Below, one piece after another: positions 35,692 through 43,316 of a DNA stretch of 64,000 bases. Both the position numbers and the translations under genes were made by a program. This DNA comes from Candidatus Micrarchaeota archaeon (GTDB lineage Archaea > Micrarchaeota > Micrarchaeia > Micrarchaeales > CABMGC01). The DNA is taken from NCBI GenBank assembly GCA_021817325.1, contig JAKAVK010000022.1, positions 1,077 through 65,076 of the forward strand. The letters run 5' to 3'. A model generated the notes under the pieces. It worked only from the letters and a program-made list of their open reading frames with translations. It was not told the origin of the DNA and made no database searches. Every line of letters starts with the position of its first letter. Positions within the stretch are counted from its first letter, which is position 1.

Positions 35692-35805
35692 ACCGCTAAT
35701 GCGTTCCTGATGCGCCTGTTACAGAATAACAATGATTGGCTGTTGCTTTGCTAAATTGGGCATCATTTAATATACCATGGTCACAATGAAGACAAATGTG
35801 ATCAT

Positions 35806-36765
35806 GTGTCAGGTTTGAGTAGAAGCATCAGGATGGCTAGCAGGAATCAGCGCGCGGACTTGAAGAGAGCATTTAGAGACGCTACTGGAACCTCTGGGGA
35901 GCTCGTGGCGCTTGCAGTTGAAGCACGCGCTGAAGGCTACAATAGATACTCCAAGAAGCTGTATAGAAAGGCTGAAGGGGCGGCATATGGACCTGACGAT
36001 CTCGTAGTGCTTGCTGCCAAGGTACATGAGAGCGGCTATAAGAGGTACGCAAGACAGTTATATGATAAGGCGATCGCAGGCCACGGGACTTCTCCCATCG
36101 CAGTTGCAATAGCATCGCAGGCGCTGCACCAGTACAGGCGCGCTGCGATTTTGGAAGAGAAAGCTGCTATGAAGATCGGGGATCAGGGCGCAAGGGCAGA
36201 TGCCGTAAAGGGCGCGATAAACATCGCATGGTTCGGAGCTACTGCACCGTCCTCAATAAATTTATATGGGCTTGAGCGCCAGCGCAGCCTTACCGAACGA
36301 GGGAGGGTCAACCGCAACATAAAGGCAGCTCTGCAGATATATGAGAGGGAGAGGAAGCGCCTGAATCGCGAACATAATCCCAAAGCGGCAAGGGAGCTCG
36401 GAAAGTTCTTCGAGGATGGGAGCCGCAAGGTACAGGAAAGACTTGAGAGTTACGTAGACGGAGTACCTGTGCTTCACCACAGGGGCAGGACGGCCATGAA
36501 AGAAGTGCGCACTGCTGTTGCCGCTGTGCCAGCTGCGCTGATCATAGGTGCGGTAGCTATAGGCGTAGGGATCGCAAGCGCTGCGGCATCTGCAAGGGAC
36601 AAGGTGAAGAAGGCGATGCAGGAGAGGAAGAAGAGAGAGGAAGCGCACAGGAAGGAGCCAGCGCACAGAATCCCAGCAAGTAGCGAGGCAGCAGTAGCAT
36701 CGGAGAATGGATATGTAAGGATCTCCTTTGTTCCCCAGCACAAGACCGCAGGCAATAACGAATAA
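35806..36765 (+). CDS. hypothetical repeat-containing, C-terminally TM-anchored protein
   Basis: GTG 35806; ATG 35833 is an alternative. Internal repeats are 'ELVALAVEARAEGYNRYSKKLYRKAEG' and 'DLVVLAAKVHESGYKRYARQLYDKAIAG'. The TM segment is 'AAVPAALIIGAVAIGVGIASAAA'. Confidence 0.5.
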   Translation: MSGLSRSIRMASRNQRADLKRAFRDATGTSGELVALAVEARAEGYNRYSKKLYRKAEGAAYGPDDLVVLAAKVHESGYKRYARQLYDKAIAGHGTSPIAVAIASQALHQYRRAAILEEKAAMKIGDQGARADAVKGAINIAWFGATAPSSINLYGLERQRSLTERGRVNRNIKAALQIYERERKRLNREHNPKAARELGKFFEDGSRKVQERLESYVDGVPVLHHRGRTAMKEVRTAVAAVPAALIIGAVAIGVGIASAAASARDKVKKAMQERKKREEAHRKEPAHRIPASSEAAVASENGYVRISFVPQHKTAGNNE

Positions 36766-36839
36766 CCGTCTCCCTGCTTTGTTTAATAAGTCGAGATCCG
36801 TTTATTGAGTCGGACTTTGTAAACAAAGCCCCGTCTCCC
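36766..36839. repeat. MITE-like / hairpin element: 9-bp direct repeats flanking a 56-bp unit with 10-bp terminal inverted repeats
   Basis: CCGTCTCCC occurs at 36766-36774 and again at 36831-36839. GCTTTGTTTA (36776-36785) is the reverse complement of TAAACAAAGC (36820-36829). An inner AAGTC/GACTT pairing extends the hairpin. Confidence 0.35.
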
Positions 36840-36897
36840 GCTAGGGTTTTAAAGTTTTCTATCCCTTATTAGCTTACCATTTGTTTGGTGCATTTTC

Positions 36898-37125
36898 ATG
36901 GCAACACAAGAGAGGCCTTTTGATTTGTTGAACAAGGCGATAGGGCAGCAGGTAATGATAAGGCTGAAGAACGGAACCGACATACGCGGCAAGGTGACGT
37001 CGTTCGATGCCCACATGAATCTTGTGCTCGAGAACGCAGAGGAGCTTGAGGAAGGCAACCTTCACGCCAAGATAGGCACAATACTCCTTAGGGGGGGAAA
37101 TATACTCTTCATCTCGCCAGCCTGA
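36898..37125 (+). CDS. Sm-like archaeal protein (SmAP/LSm)
   Basis: 'PFDLLNKAIGQQVMIRLKNGTDIRGKVTSFDAHMNLVLENAEE...ILLRGGNILFISP' contains the Sm1 and Sm2 motifs. Confidence 0.88.
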   Translation: MATQERPFDLLNKAIGQQVMIRLKNGTDIRGKVTSFDAHMNLVLENAEELEEGNLHAKIGTILLRGGNILFISPA

Positions 37126-37128
37126 TGG

Positions 37129-37136
37129 TTTTATAA
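37129..37136 (+). promoter_or_regulatory. TATA-box candidate for tRNA-Ala
   Basis: TTTTATAA lies 25-32 nt upstream of tRNA position 1 (37161). Confidence 0.35.
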
Positions 37137-37160
37137 CATTTCAGCGCATTCTATAAACAT

Positions 37161-37264
37161 GGGCTCCTAGCGCAACGGTAGCGCGCCTGCATGGCATGCA
37201 GGAGGTTGCGGGTTCAAATAGGCACCTGAGGAATCAGAACGCCTTGAAAATCCCGCGGAGTCCA
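37161..37264 (+). tRNA. tRNA-Ala (anticodon GGC) with a 32-nt intron in the T loop (59/60)
   Basis: Hand-folded as GGGCUCC/UA/GCGC/AACGGUA/GCGC/G/CCUGC/AUGGCAU/GCAGG/AGGUU/GCGGG/[UUCAAA + intron + U]/CCCGC/GGAGUCC/A. G3:U70 is present. No CCA is encoded. Confidence 0.85.
37219..37250 (+). other. tRNA-Ala intron (BHB-bounded; register ambiguous by 1-2 nt because of AAU repeats)
   Basis: The 4-bp helix UUCA (37213-16)/UGAA (37245-48) is flanked by 3-nt bulges AAU (37217-19) and AAU (37249-51). The inner helix is AGGC (37220-23)/GCCU (37241-44). A distal CUGA/UCAG stem is closed by GGAA. Confidence 0.75.
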
Positions 37265-37399
37265 TTATATTAACAAGGCTATTAGGCAGGTTGCCTGGGC
37301 GTGGATCTGTGCGCTGCGCAGGGGCGGATGGTATCGCAGACAGCCGAAGTGGCCTGGGCAACCGTTTAATGCTAATCCTTTATTTGGCCGCAGGAGAAA

Positions 37400-37609
37400 T
37401 TACTCCCCAATACCAATGTTTGGATTTGTGCAGAGATACGCTATGGTGCTGCCCTTGTTCTTGTCTATTGGCCGCAGCAGTATTATATGCGGCATGGTGT
37501 CGGTCCTGTCGAGCAGGACTATGCGCGACATGTTTGCGGTTGTTTCATAGCTCCAGGATCTCTTCGCCACGTAGTATTGGAGGTTCTTTCCATTTGATGA
37601 TAATGCCAT
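37400..37609 (-). CDS. hypothetical small protein (69 aa)
   Basis: Track ORF. The minus strand reads 'CTTTTTAAATAGTT' 28-40 nt upstream of the ATG, giving leaderless-type spacing. The overlapping + ORF 37291..37677 is Cys/Arg-rich junk. Confidence 0.4.
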   Translation of the reverse strand: MALSSNGKNLQYYVAKRSWSYETTANMSRIVLLDRTDTMPHIILLRPIDKNKGSTIAYLCTNPNIGIGE

Positions 37610-37818
37610 TTCCTCACCGGCAACTGATAGGCCTTAACTATTTAAAAAGGACATTGAAATATTGCGGTAATGTTTAGGTTTTTCACGAGATTAATGCACA
37701 GTTTCTAGATGGGATCGGCGTGCAATACAAGTAATCCAAGGAGCATGGATCTGCAAGCGTGGCCACCCGCCCTGCAGATATCGGTAAAGACTACTTGACG
37801 ATTGCCTTGGTTGCAGGT

Positions 37819-39393
37819 TTATTGAGAGGTTACTAGTGTGTCAAGCGGCCTGCCGAGCACGGCGTCTATTGACGCGACCTTCACCCTGTTTCCCTTCCTC
37901 AGTGTTATCCTGTAGAAAGGCAGGTAGACAAGATCCGCGCTGACAACCACTGAGTCCGGAAAGAGCATCGATACCCTGTCCTTGGCTGCCTTTGCAAACT
38001 TACTGGGAAATCCGACTATACTGTCCGTGTCTGCAATTTGCTCGGAAACTGCAGGAGCGCTTGCAGCAAGACCAGCCTTTGCACGAGAGGGAGAGAATCT
38101 GTCCTTCCTGCGGTCTGCAAGACCTGTTCTCTCCAGCCTAGAAAGGCTCCTGCTCACCTGCGTATCCTCCATGCCTGTCAGCCTGACTATCTTATCAAAA
38201 GCCAGGCTGCTGCCTGTATTGAGTTCCTTTAGTACCTTGCGCTCGTTAGCAGTGAGTCTCAGCGGTTTTTCACCTCCGAACCAGCTCGTGCTTATCCTCT
38301 TGCCTATGCCGACCGCGTTCATCTTACTGTCTATCAGCGCGTACCGCTCCTCGTAAGTGCCAGATCTTCTCGTAGGCACCCTTACCTTGCATAGGACCAT
38401 GCACAGGTAGTTTCTTGAGATACTGTCTATCCTCTCTACCGCACCGCCGAAGACCAGGAACCTCTTCTGGGCTATACGGTTTGCATACCTCTTTGCGTCC
38501 TCCTCGGTCACGGTGCTGTCGATCACGCTTATGCGCACCTTCTCAGTTTGCATTGCAGGGGTGGATGCCGCAGTGCTTGCTCCGGCCTGCGAGCCCTTCT
38601 TCAGCATGGCTATTATCTCTTCTGGATCCCCGACCAGCGCCTCCTTCCTGATTCTAGGCGTTGATCCGGTGTGCAGCACCGATCTCTGCTTTATGTGGAA
38701 TGGGTCGTCGTATCCCAGGCCGAATGCGGTAAATTCTCCTGTGCTCAGCTTGGGTATCGCTAGCAGCCTCTTCTTGTCCTCGAACAGTATGTCTATGGCC
38801 CTTATGTCGTTCTCCGTAGTCAACTTGCCTATGAACCCGTAGGAGCACTGGGCCAGCACGTTCTTGCTTATGTTGGCAGGGCGCTGCGTTGCGACCATCA
38901 ACCCTATGCCACGCTTCCTGCCCCTTACGCTTATCTCCTCTATTGGATTCCTCTCCTTCCGTACCACCTGCGGACAGAATTTGTCGGCTTCCTCTATTAT
39001 GACAAGGTATGGACTGCGTATCTTGTCCTCAGTCTTGTATAACGAGGTGAGTATTGAATCGACATACTTGTCCTTCTCCAGCACCTCGGAGATATCGAAT
39101 ACTATTGGTACGTTGCCCTCTATGCTGCTCCTGAACAGCCTTGATGGGTCGGTATCCGTAGGCAGGTCAGCACCGTCTTCGCCAACCAGTATGATCCTGA
39201 ATGCTGACTTCAGGGATGCATACTCGCCCTCGGTGTCGATTATCGCGAATGGTAGCCCTGCCTTGCATAGCTCCTCCACTATGACCCCAACAAGATATGA
39301 CTTCCCAGAGCCGCTCTGGCCTATGATGCAGCATCTGCCGGTAAGCACGTTCTGTGGGTCGAGGTCTATCTCCTTGGCTATGTTTATCTCCAT
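37819..39393 (-). CDS. HerA/FtsK-superfamily P-loop ATPase fused to a C-terminal winged-helix region
   Basis: Walker A 'IIGQSGSGKS', Walker B 'YLVIIEEADKF' and 'MVATQRPANIS' (TQRP). The C-terminal 'LTANERKVLKELNTGSSLAFDKIVRLTGMEDTQVSRSLSRLERTGLADRR' is wHTH-like. Two similar beta-rich segments are 'RNYLCMVLCKVRV..' and 'DLVYLPFYRITLR..'. Confidence 0.65.
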   Translation of the reverse strand: MEINIAKEIDLDPQNVLTGRCCIIGQSGSGKSYLVGVIVEELCKAGLPFAIIDTEGEYASLKSAFRIILVGEDGADLPTDTDPSRLFRSSIEGNVPIVFDISEVLEKDKYVDSILTSLYKTEDKIRSPYLVIIEEADKFCPQVVRKERNPIEEISVRGRKRGIGLMVATQRPANISKNVLAQCSYGFIGKLTTENDIRAIDILFEDKKRLLAIPKLSTGEFTAFGLGYDDPFHIKQRSVLHTGSTPRIRKEALVGDPEEIIAMLKKGSQAGASTAASTPAMQTEKVRISVIDSTVTEEDAKRYANRIAQKRFLVFGGAVERIDSISRNYLCMVLCKVRVPTRRSGTYEERYALIDSKMNAVGIGKRISTSWFGGEKPLRLTANERKVLKELNTGSSLAFDKIVRLTGMEDTQVSRSLSRLERTGLADRRKDRFSPSRAKAGLAASAPAVSEQIADTDSIVGFPSKFAKAAKDRVSMLFPDSVVVSADLVYLPFYRITLRKGNRVKVASIDAVLGRPLDTLVTSQ

Positions 39394-39489
39394 CGGCTAG
39401 ATTTATCTACTTGATAGAATAAATAACCGCACGTAGGCAGAAAGGCGCACAGGGAAGAGAGCTGTGCGCAGATGCCGGGCAGGCTGCGG

Positions 39490-40359
39490 CTATGCGTATA
39501 TCTTCGGCTGAATTACGATCGTGCCATTGTACGGCCTGCTTCCTATCGTTACAAGGAATTCATTAACTCCCCCTGCGCAGGGACCGTCTATCCTCATCCA
39601 GTAAGTACCGTGTGCCGTGCTGTTTGCAGCCAGGCTTACGGTGAAGTTCAGGATCTCGCCCTCAGACACGTTGTACTTTTCAGGGGAGATGCTGATATTG
39701 ATACCCCGAACAGTATTGTCCGATGTGGAATTCACCGCAGCCAGGTATGCATAGTGCGTCCTGTTTGTGGTAAACTGGGCCGGGTTGTTGTTTAGCACAT
39801 TTGTGACCCTTTCGCTCACGTTGAATGTTCCTGACGAGCCAGTCACGTAGTCCGGTATCCCACCGTTGCTTGAATTGACGTAATACAAAGAGAAGCCATG
39901 GTATCCAGTTATAGTGCCGTTAAGGGAATAGGTCATCATCGGGCATGCTATCGCACCTGCACCGCCTGGCTGTATTGGTGTAGTAGATGCGTTAGCCTGC
40001 GGGGCCGTGGTTGTTATGATCGAGGGAGGCGCGCTACCGTTTGATCGCTGCGGCTGGCTGGTTCCCGTCGCGCCGTATGACAGTATCGCGTATCCGCCTA
40101 TCGCAGCGGCCACGAGCAGTATCACGATCACATATTTGGCCATTGAGACAGGGGGTGTCTGGCTGGCCTTATAGTATTTGAGCCTCTTGAAGTGTTCATT
40201 GTCCACCCTCTCAACTGCACCCATCTTCTGCAATTCCTCCATATGCTGGCTTACCGTTGCGGTCGAGAGGCTTAGCTCCCTGCTGAGCTCGCTTATGGTC
40301 ATCTGCCTCTTCTTGAGCAAGTCCATTATCTTCCTCTTTGTTTCTAGTGCTTTGCTCAC
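39490..40359 (-). CDS. membrane-tethered ArsR-type HTH protein with extracellular N-glycosylation-sequon-rich domain
   Basis: 'KRKIMDLLKKRQMTISELSRELSLSTATVSQHMEELQKMGAVERV' is an ArsR HTH. It is followed by the TM segment 'YVIVILLVAAAIGGYAILSY' and a Ser/Thr/Asn-rich ectodomain with many N-x-S/T sites. Confidence 0.65.
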   Translation of the reverse strand: MSKALETKRKIMDLLKKRQMTISELSRELSLSTATVSQHMEELQKMGAVERVDNEHFKRLKYYKASQTPPVSMAKYVIVILLVAAAIGGYAILSYGATGTSQPQRSNGSAPPSIITTTAPQANASTTPIQPGGAGAIACPMMTYSLNGTITGYHGFSLYYVNSSNGGIPDYVTGSSGTFNVSERVTNVLNNNPAQFTTNRTHYAYLAAVNSTSDNTVRGINISISPEKYNVSEGEILNFTVSLAANSTAHGTYWMRIDGPCAGGVNEFLVTIGSRPYNGTIVIQPKIYA

Positions 40360-40612
40360 GGAATCACATATTGGCTATTGCACTGCATGTTATAAAACGA
40401 TTGCACATAGGAATAGGTTTTTTATAGGTTCTTACTCGTCAGCTCTGTTGCACGTTTTTTTTTGCCTGTGAAGGTCACATTGTATGGTGCGGTAGCGCGG
40501 CTTCTGTAATTGCCCTGCCTAGCAGGCTACCGTTCGCGGCAGCCGTTTTATCTGGCGTGTACCTTATGGGAAGGCGGCCGCAGGACGGCGGCAAGCACCG
40601 TGGGAATAGCTA

Positions 40613-40620
40613 TTTATATT
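40613..40620 (+). promoter_or_regulatory. TATA-box candidate
   Basis: TTTATATT lies 27-34 nt upstream of ATG 40647. Confidence 0.35.
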
Positions 40621-40646
40621 TCATATATGATGTATCACTGACCAGG

Positions 40647-41744
40647 ATGGCAAAGGAGACGCAGAAGGGTTCCTTCACGGGTATGAGGAGATGGGGCCTT
40701 AGGGAGCTAAACAGCAGCTACATCAGGGGCATGCCCCAGGAGCTGAGCCTGAACAAGAGACCCAGGCTGGTGAACATATTTATCACCATAATAATTCTAT
40801 ACATAATAGTGGTGCTTGGATACTACCCGACATTGAAGGTGATGGGCCTGTATGGGGCGGGCAACACCATAGACTCACTTGGATTCGTACTAGTGGTCTT
40901 TGGCGCGGTCTCGATCTACTATGGCCTCAAGGTATACTTTTACTATCTGGCTGTGAGAAACACCCCGTTTTCCAGCATAGGCGCAAGCAGCAGATTGAGT
41001 GAGCTTAAGGTCAGGTTTGTCCCGGAAAGCGATGCCGCGCTGGTCGCCCCTGCATCGAACCAGAAGTGTGTATACTTCAAACTTGAGGAGCACGAAGTCA
41101 CCAGTGCCGGAGAGCATGGGGACGCGGTAATAGCCAGCGCGACAAAGGCGATCCCGGCCCTGCTCGCTGATGATACGGGGTACCTCGCAGTGGATTTCAC
41201 GAGTGTCGCATTGGTAACAGTATCCGAAAGGTATAAACCAGTCTTCAGCGAAGGCGTCAAGAGCAAGTTCCAGAGCGCCATGGACAGGTCCAAGAACGAC
41301 CTGCTCAGCATGGAGAACATGCCCGCGTCCACCTACGAGGAGATGTATGACATCTGGCAGAAGGGGCAGGATGCCAACCTTAGAACGATGCAGGGAGGCG
41401 TACGTTTCGTTAAAGGGGATGGATACGGCTCCATTCCGCAGCCGCCTGGCGCAGTGGCAGGGCTGCCCGACAGGAGAGTCTATTTTGTCGAATATATCCT
41501 ACCTCTTGATCAGGAATATTTCGCCTTGGGAGAGGTCAGGGACCTTGACAAGACGCTGAACCGCAAACCGGTCAAGCTACTTCACGCCGATCCGAATTAC
41601 AAGCTGTTCTCGCTGCTGCCCGAATCGAAGAAGGTATGGGCACAGAAAGATACGAAGACATTCATCGCCCTCTTTGCATTTGGATTCATAAACATAATAA
41701 TTGGCCTTACACTTGTCGCAGGCTACCTCGCCTACTTGCTCTGA
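40647..41744 (+). CDS. membrane protein, GIDE-domain-like (weak)
   Basis: Trimmed from track ORF 40557. It has two N-terminal TM segments and one C-terminal TM segment. From memory, 'LKVRFVPESDAALVAPASNQKCVYFKLEEHEV' resembles the core of the GIDE (MUL1-type) family. Confidence 0.45.
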   Translation: MAKETQKGSFTGMRRWGLRELNSSYIRGMPQELSLNKRPRLVNIFITIIILYIIVVLGYYPTLKVMGLYGAGNTIDSLGFVLVVFGAVSIYYGLKVYFYYLAVRNTPFSSIGASSRLSELKVRFVPESDAALVAPASNQKCVYFKLEEHEVTSAGEHGDAVIASATKAIPALLADDTGYLAVDFTSVALVTVSERYKPVFSEGVKSKFQSAMDRSKNDLLSMENMPASTYEEMYDIWQKGQDANLRTMQGGVRFVKGDGYGSIPQPPGAVAGLPDRRVYFVEYILPLDQEYFALGEVRDLDKTLNRKPVKLLHADPNYKLFSLLPESKKVWAQKDTKTFIALFAFGFINIIIGLTLVAGYLAYLL

Positions 41745-42289
41745 CTGGCTGACGCCTTGTGCGCGTTATACTTCCTGAAGAGGTGTATTGTCTCCCCCAG
41801 CAGCATTCCCGATGTGAATGCGAGCAGGGCGCCTGTTATTGCTATTATAACCACAACAGAGGGAAAGGCAATCACGAGCCCGTATCTTGCCATGTATGCC
41901 GCAAGCCATATGCCTATTATGAACCGAGAGCGCTTGTAGTGAGTGACGCCATCCTTCTCGTATATCTGCGCTGCGGAGCCAAGCCGCAGGCCGACCAATG
42001 CACCTAGTGGAATTGAGAGCAGCGTTGCCAGGATGTCGAATTGCGTTGCGGCATAGGTGAACAGGGTAAAGATCGTGAGCAGGATGTATATTACCGGAAG
42101 GATATAAACCCTGTTTGTGAACTTCTGCCCCCTGACTCCCTGGTAGAGGCGCCTTGAGACTATCAGCACTATGACTATCAGGAAGACGGCCTGGGAGACG
42201 CCTCCGATTCCGTAAGTATTGTCATATGTGGTGGGAGCATTGTTCAGCGCGGCGTAGATGAACATCAGGATCACATGGTGCGCAGCCAA
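41732..42289 (-). CDS. small polytopic membrane protein, unknown function
   Basis: Track ORF with about 5 hydrophobic segments. It overlaps the upstream hydrolase gene by 19 nt, suggesting an operon. Confidence 0.5.
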   Translation of the reverse strand: MAAHHVILMFIYAALNNAPTTYDNTYGIGGVSQAVFLIVIVLIVSRRLYQGVRGQKFTNRVYILPVIYILLTIFTLFTYAATQFDILATLLSIPLGALVGLRLGSAAQIYEKDGVTHYKRSRFIIGIWLAAYMARYGLVIAFPSVVVIIAITGALLAFTSGMLLGETIHLFRKYNAHKASASQSK

Positions 42290-43167
42290 CTGGAGACGCC
42301 GGCGGCTAGCCTTTTCTCGTATCCGGTGAAGGAATGGGTTGCACGACGGATCAGGAGGTAGCCGAACTTTCTTGAGCCGCTATGCTCCTTGAGGATCCGC
42401 ACGTATGCAGAGACCGGCTTTACAGCGCCTTCATCCCTTGTCCCGAATGCCACAAATACCGGCGCCCGTATCCGCCCGAACTCGGCAAGTTCGCCATCAT
42501 AGTTGAAGAGACGCGCCTCTGGCCTCTTAAGATCCGCTATGGATAGGAACCTTTGCGCAGAAAAACCGGTGCCCGGAACCTGCGAGTTCCTGCGCCCGTC
42601 AGCCATCATCTTCTTTGCCAATGAGACGGTCGCCAGACACCGCCTTCCCAGCTTCTTCCTGTTCAGGTTGTAATCGTCGTCTGGCGCAAGCAGGACCAGG
42701 GTGCGTACCGATCTATCCGTTGTCTTGAGGAGATAGTAAAGCACCTTCTGGCAGCCGGTGCTGTGCCCTGCCAGAGCAAATCTCCTGTAACCGAGTTTGC
42801 GCATCGCGGCTATGGCGCCGCCTATGTCCCTTGCGCAGTCCTCGAACCTCTCTAACTTTGTGCCGATCGGCAGCCTTCTGCCATTCCTTCCGGAAAGGAC
42901 CTTTGCGCTGCTCTCCAAGTCGTGGCCGCGGGTATTTATCGCAAAGGTTGAATAGCCAGCCTTTAACGCACCTTGTGCAATGGCCTTGCTCAGGATGCCG
43001 CTGTAGAAATTGCCTCCCATGCCGTGGACATAGATCATGCAGTCCCTGGACCCATGCCTCTCAGTGAGGAACCCATTTAGCAGGAGCCTGTCCGATGATA
43101 GGAAGGTGATCAGCTTTCCCGCGACCTCGGAGTACGGTAATCTGGCCATTAATCCAAATAATGTCAA
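42271..43167 (-). CDS. alpha/beta-fold hydrolase
   Basis: The nucleophile elbow is 'LAGHSTGCQ' (G-x-S-x-G) and the oxyanion region is 'IYVHGMGGNF'. Confidence 0.65.
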   Translation of the reverse strand: MTLFGLMARLPYSEVAGKLITFLSSDRLLLNGFLTERHGSRDCMIYVHGMGGNFYSGILSKAIAQGALKAGYSTFAINTRGHDLESSAKVLSGRNGRRLPIGTKLERFEDCARDIGGAIAAMRKLGYRRFALAGHSTGCQKVLYYLLKTTDRSVRTLVLLAPDDDYNLNRKKLGRRCLATVSLAKKMMADGRRNSQVPGTGFSAQRFLSIADLKRPEARLFNYDGELAEFGRIRAPVFVAFGTRDEGAVKPVSAYVRILKEHSGSRKFGYLLIRRATHSFTGYEKRLAAGVSSWLRTM

Positions 43168-43279
43168 CTGCTCTTATTTATAACGGCTTCCATGGAACGG
43201 CGGCCGTAATCGGCTGGCGGCATTGAAAATGCAATCAAAACCAGAAAACTTACAATGATTCATTGAAAATATACAAAGA

Positions 43280-43288
43280 TTTATATAT
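43280..43288 (+). promoter_or_regulatory. TATA-box candidate for the chaperone operon
   Basis: TTTATATAT lies 29-37 nt upstream of ATG 43317. Confidence 0.4.
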
Positions 43289-43316
43289 GTGTAAGTGCAT
43301 AATATGTTTGTTTCCT

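Noticed and set aside
37289-37363. Possible third tRNA (75 nt with a 7-bp terminal stem)
   Set aside because: No D arm, anticodon arm or T arm with a GTTCRA-type loop can be drawn on either strand.
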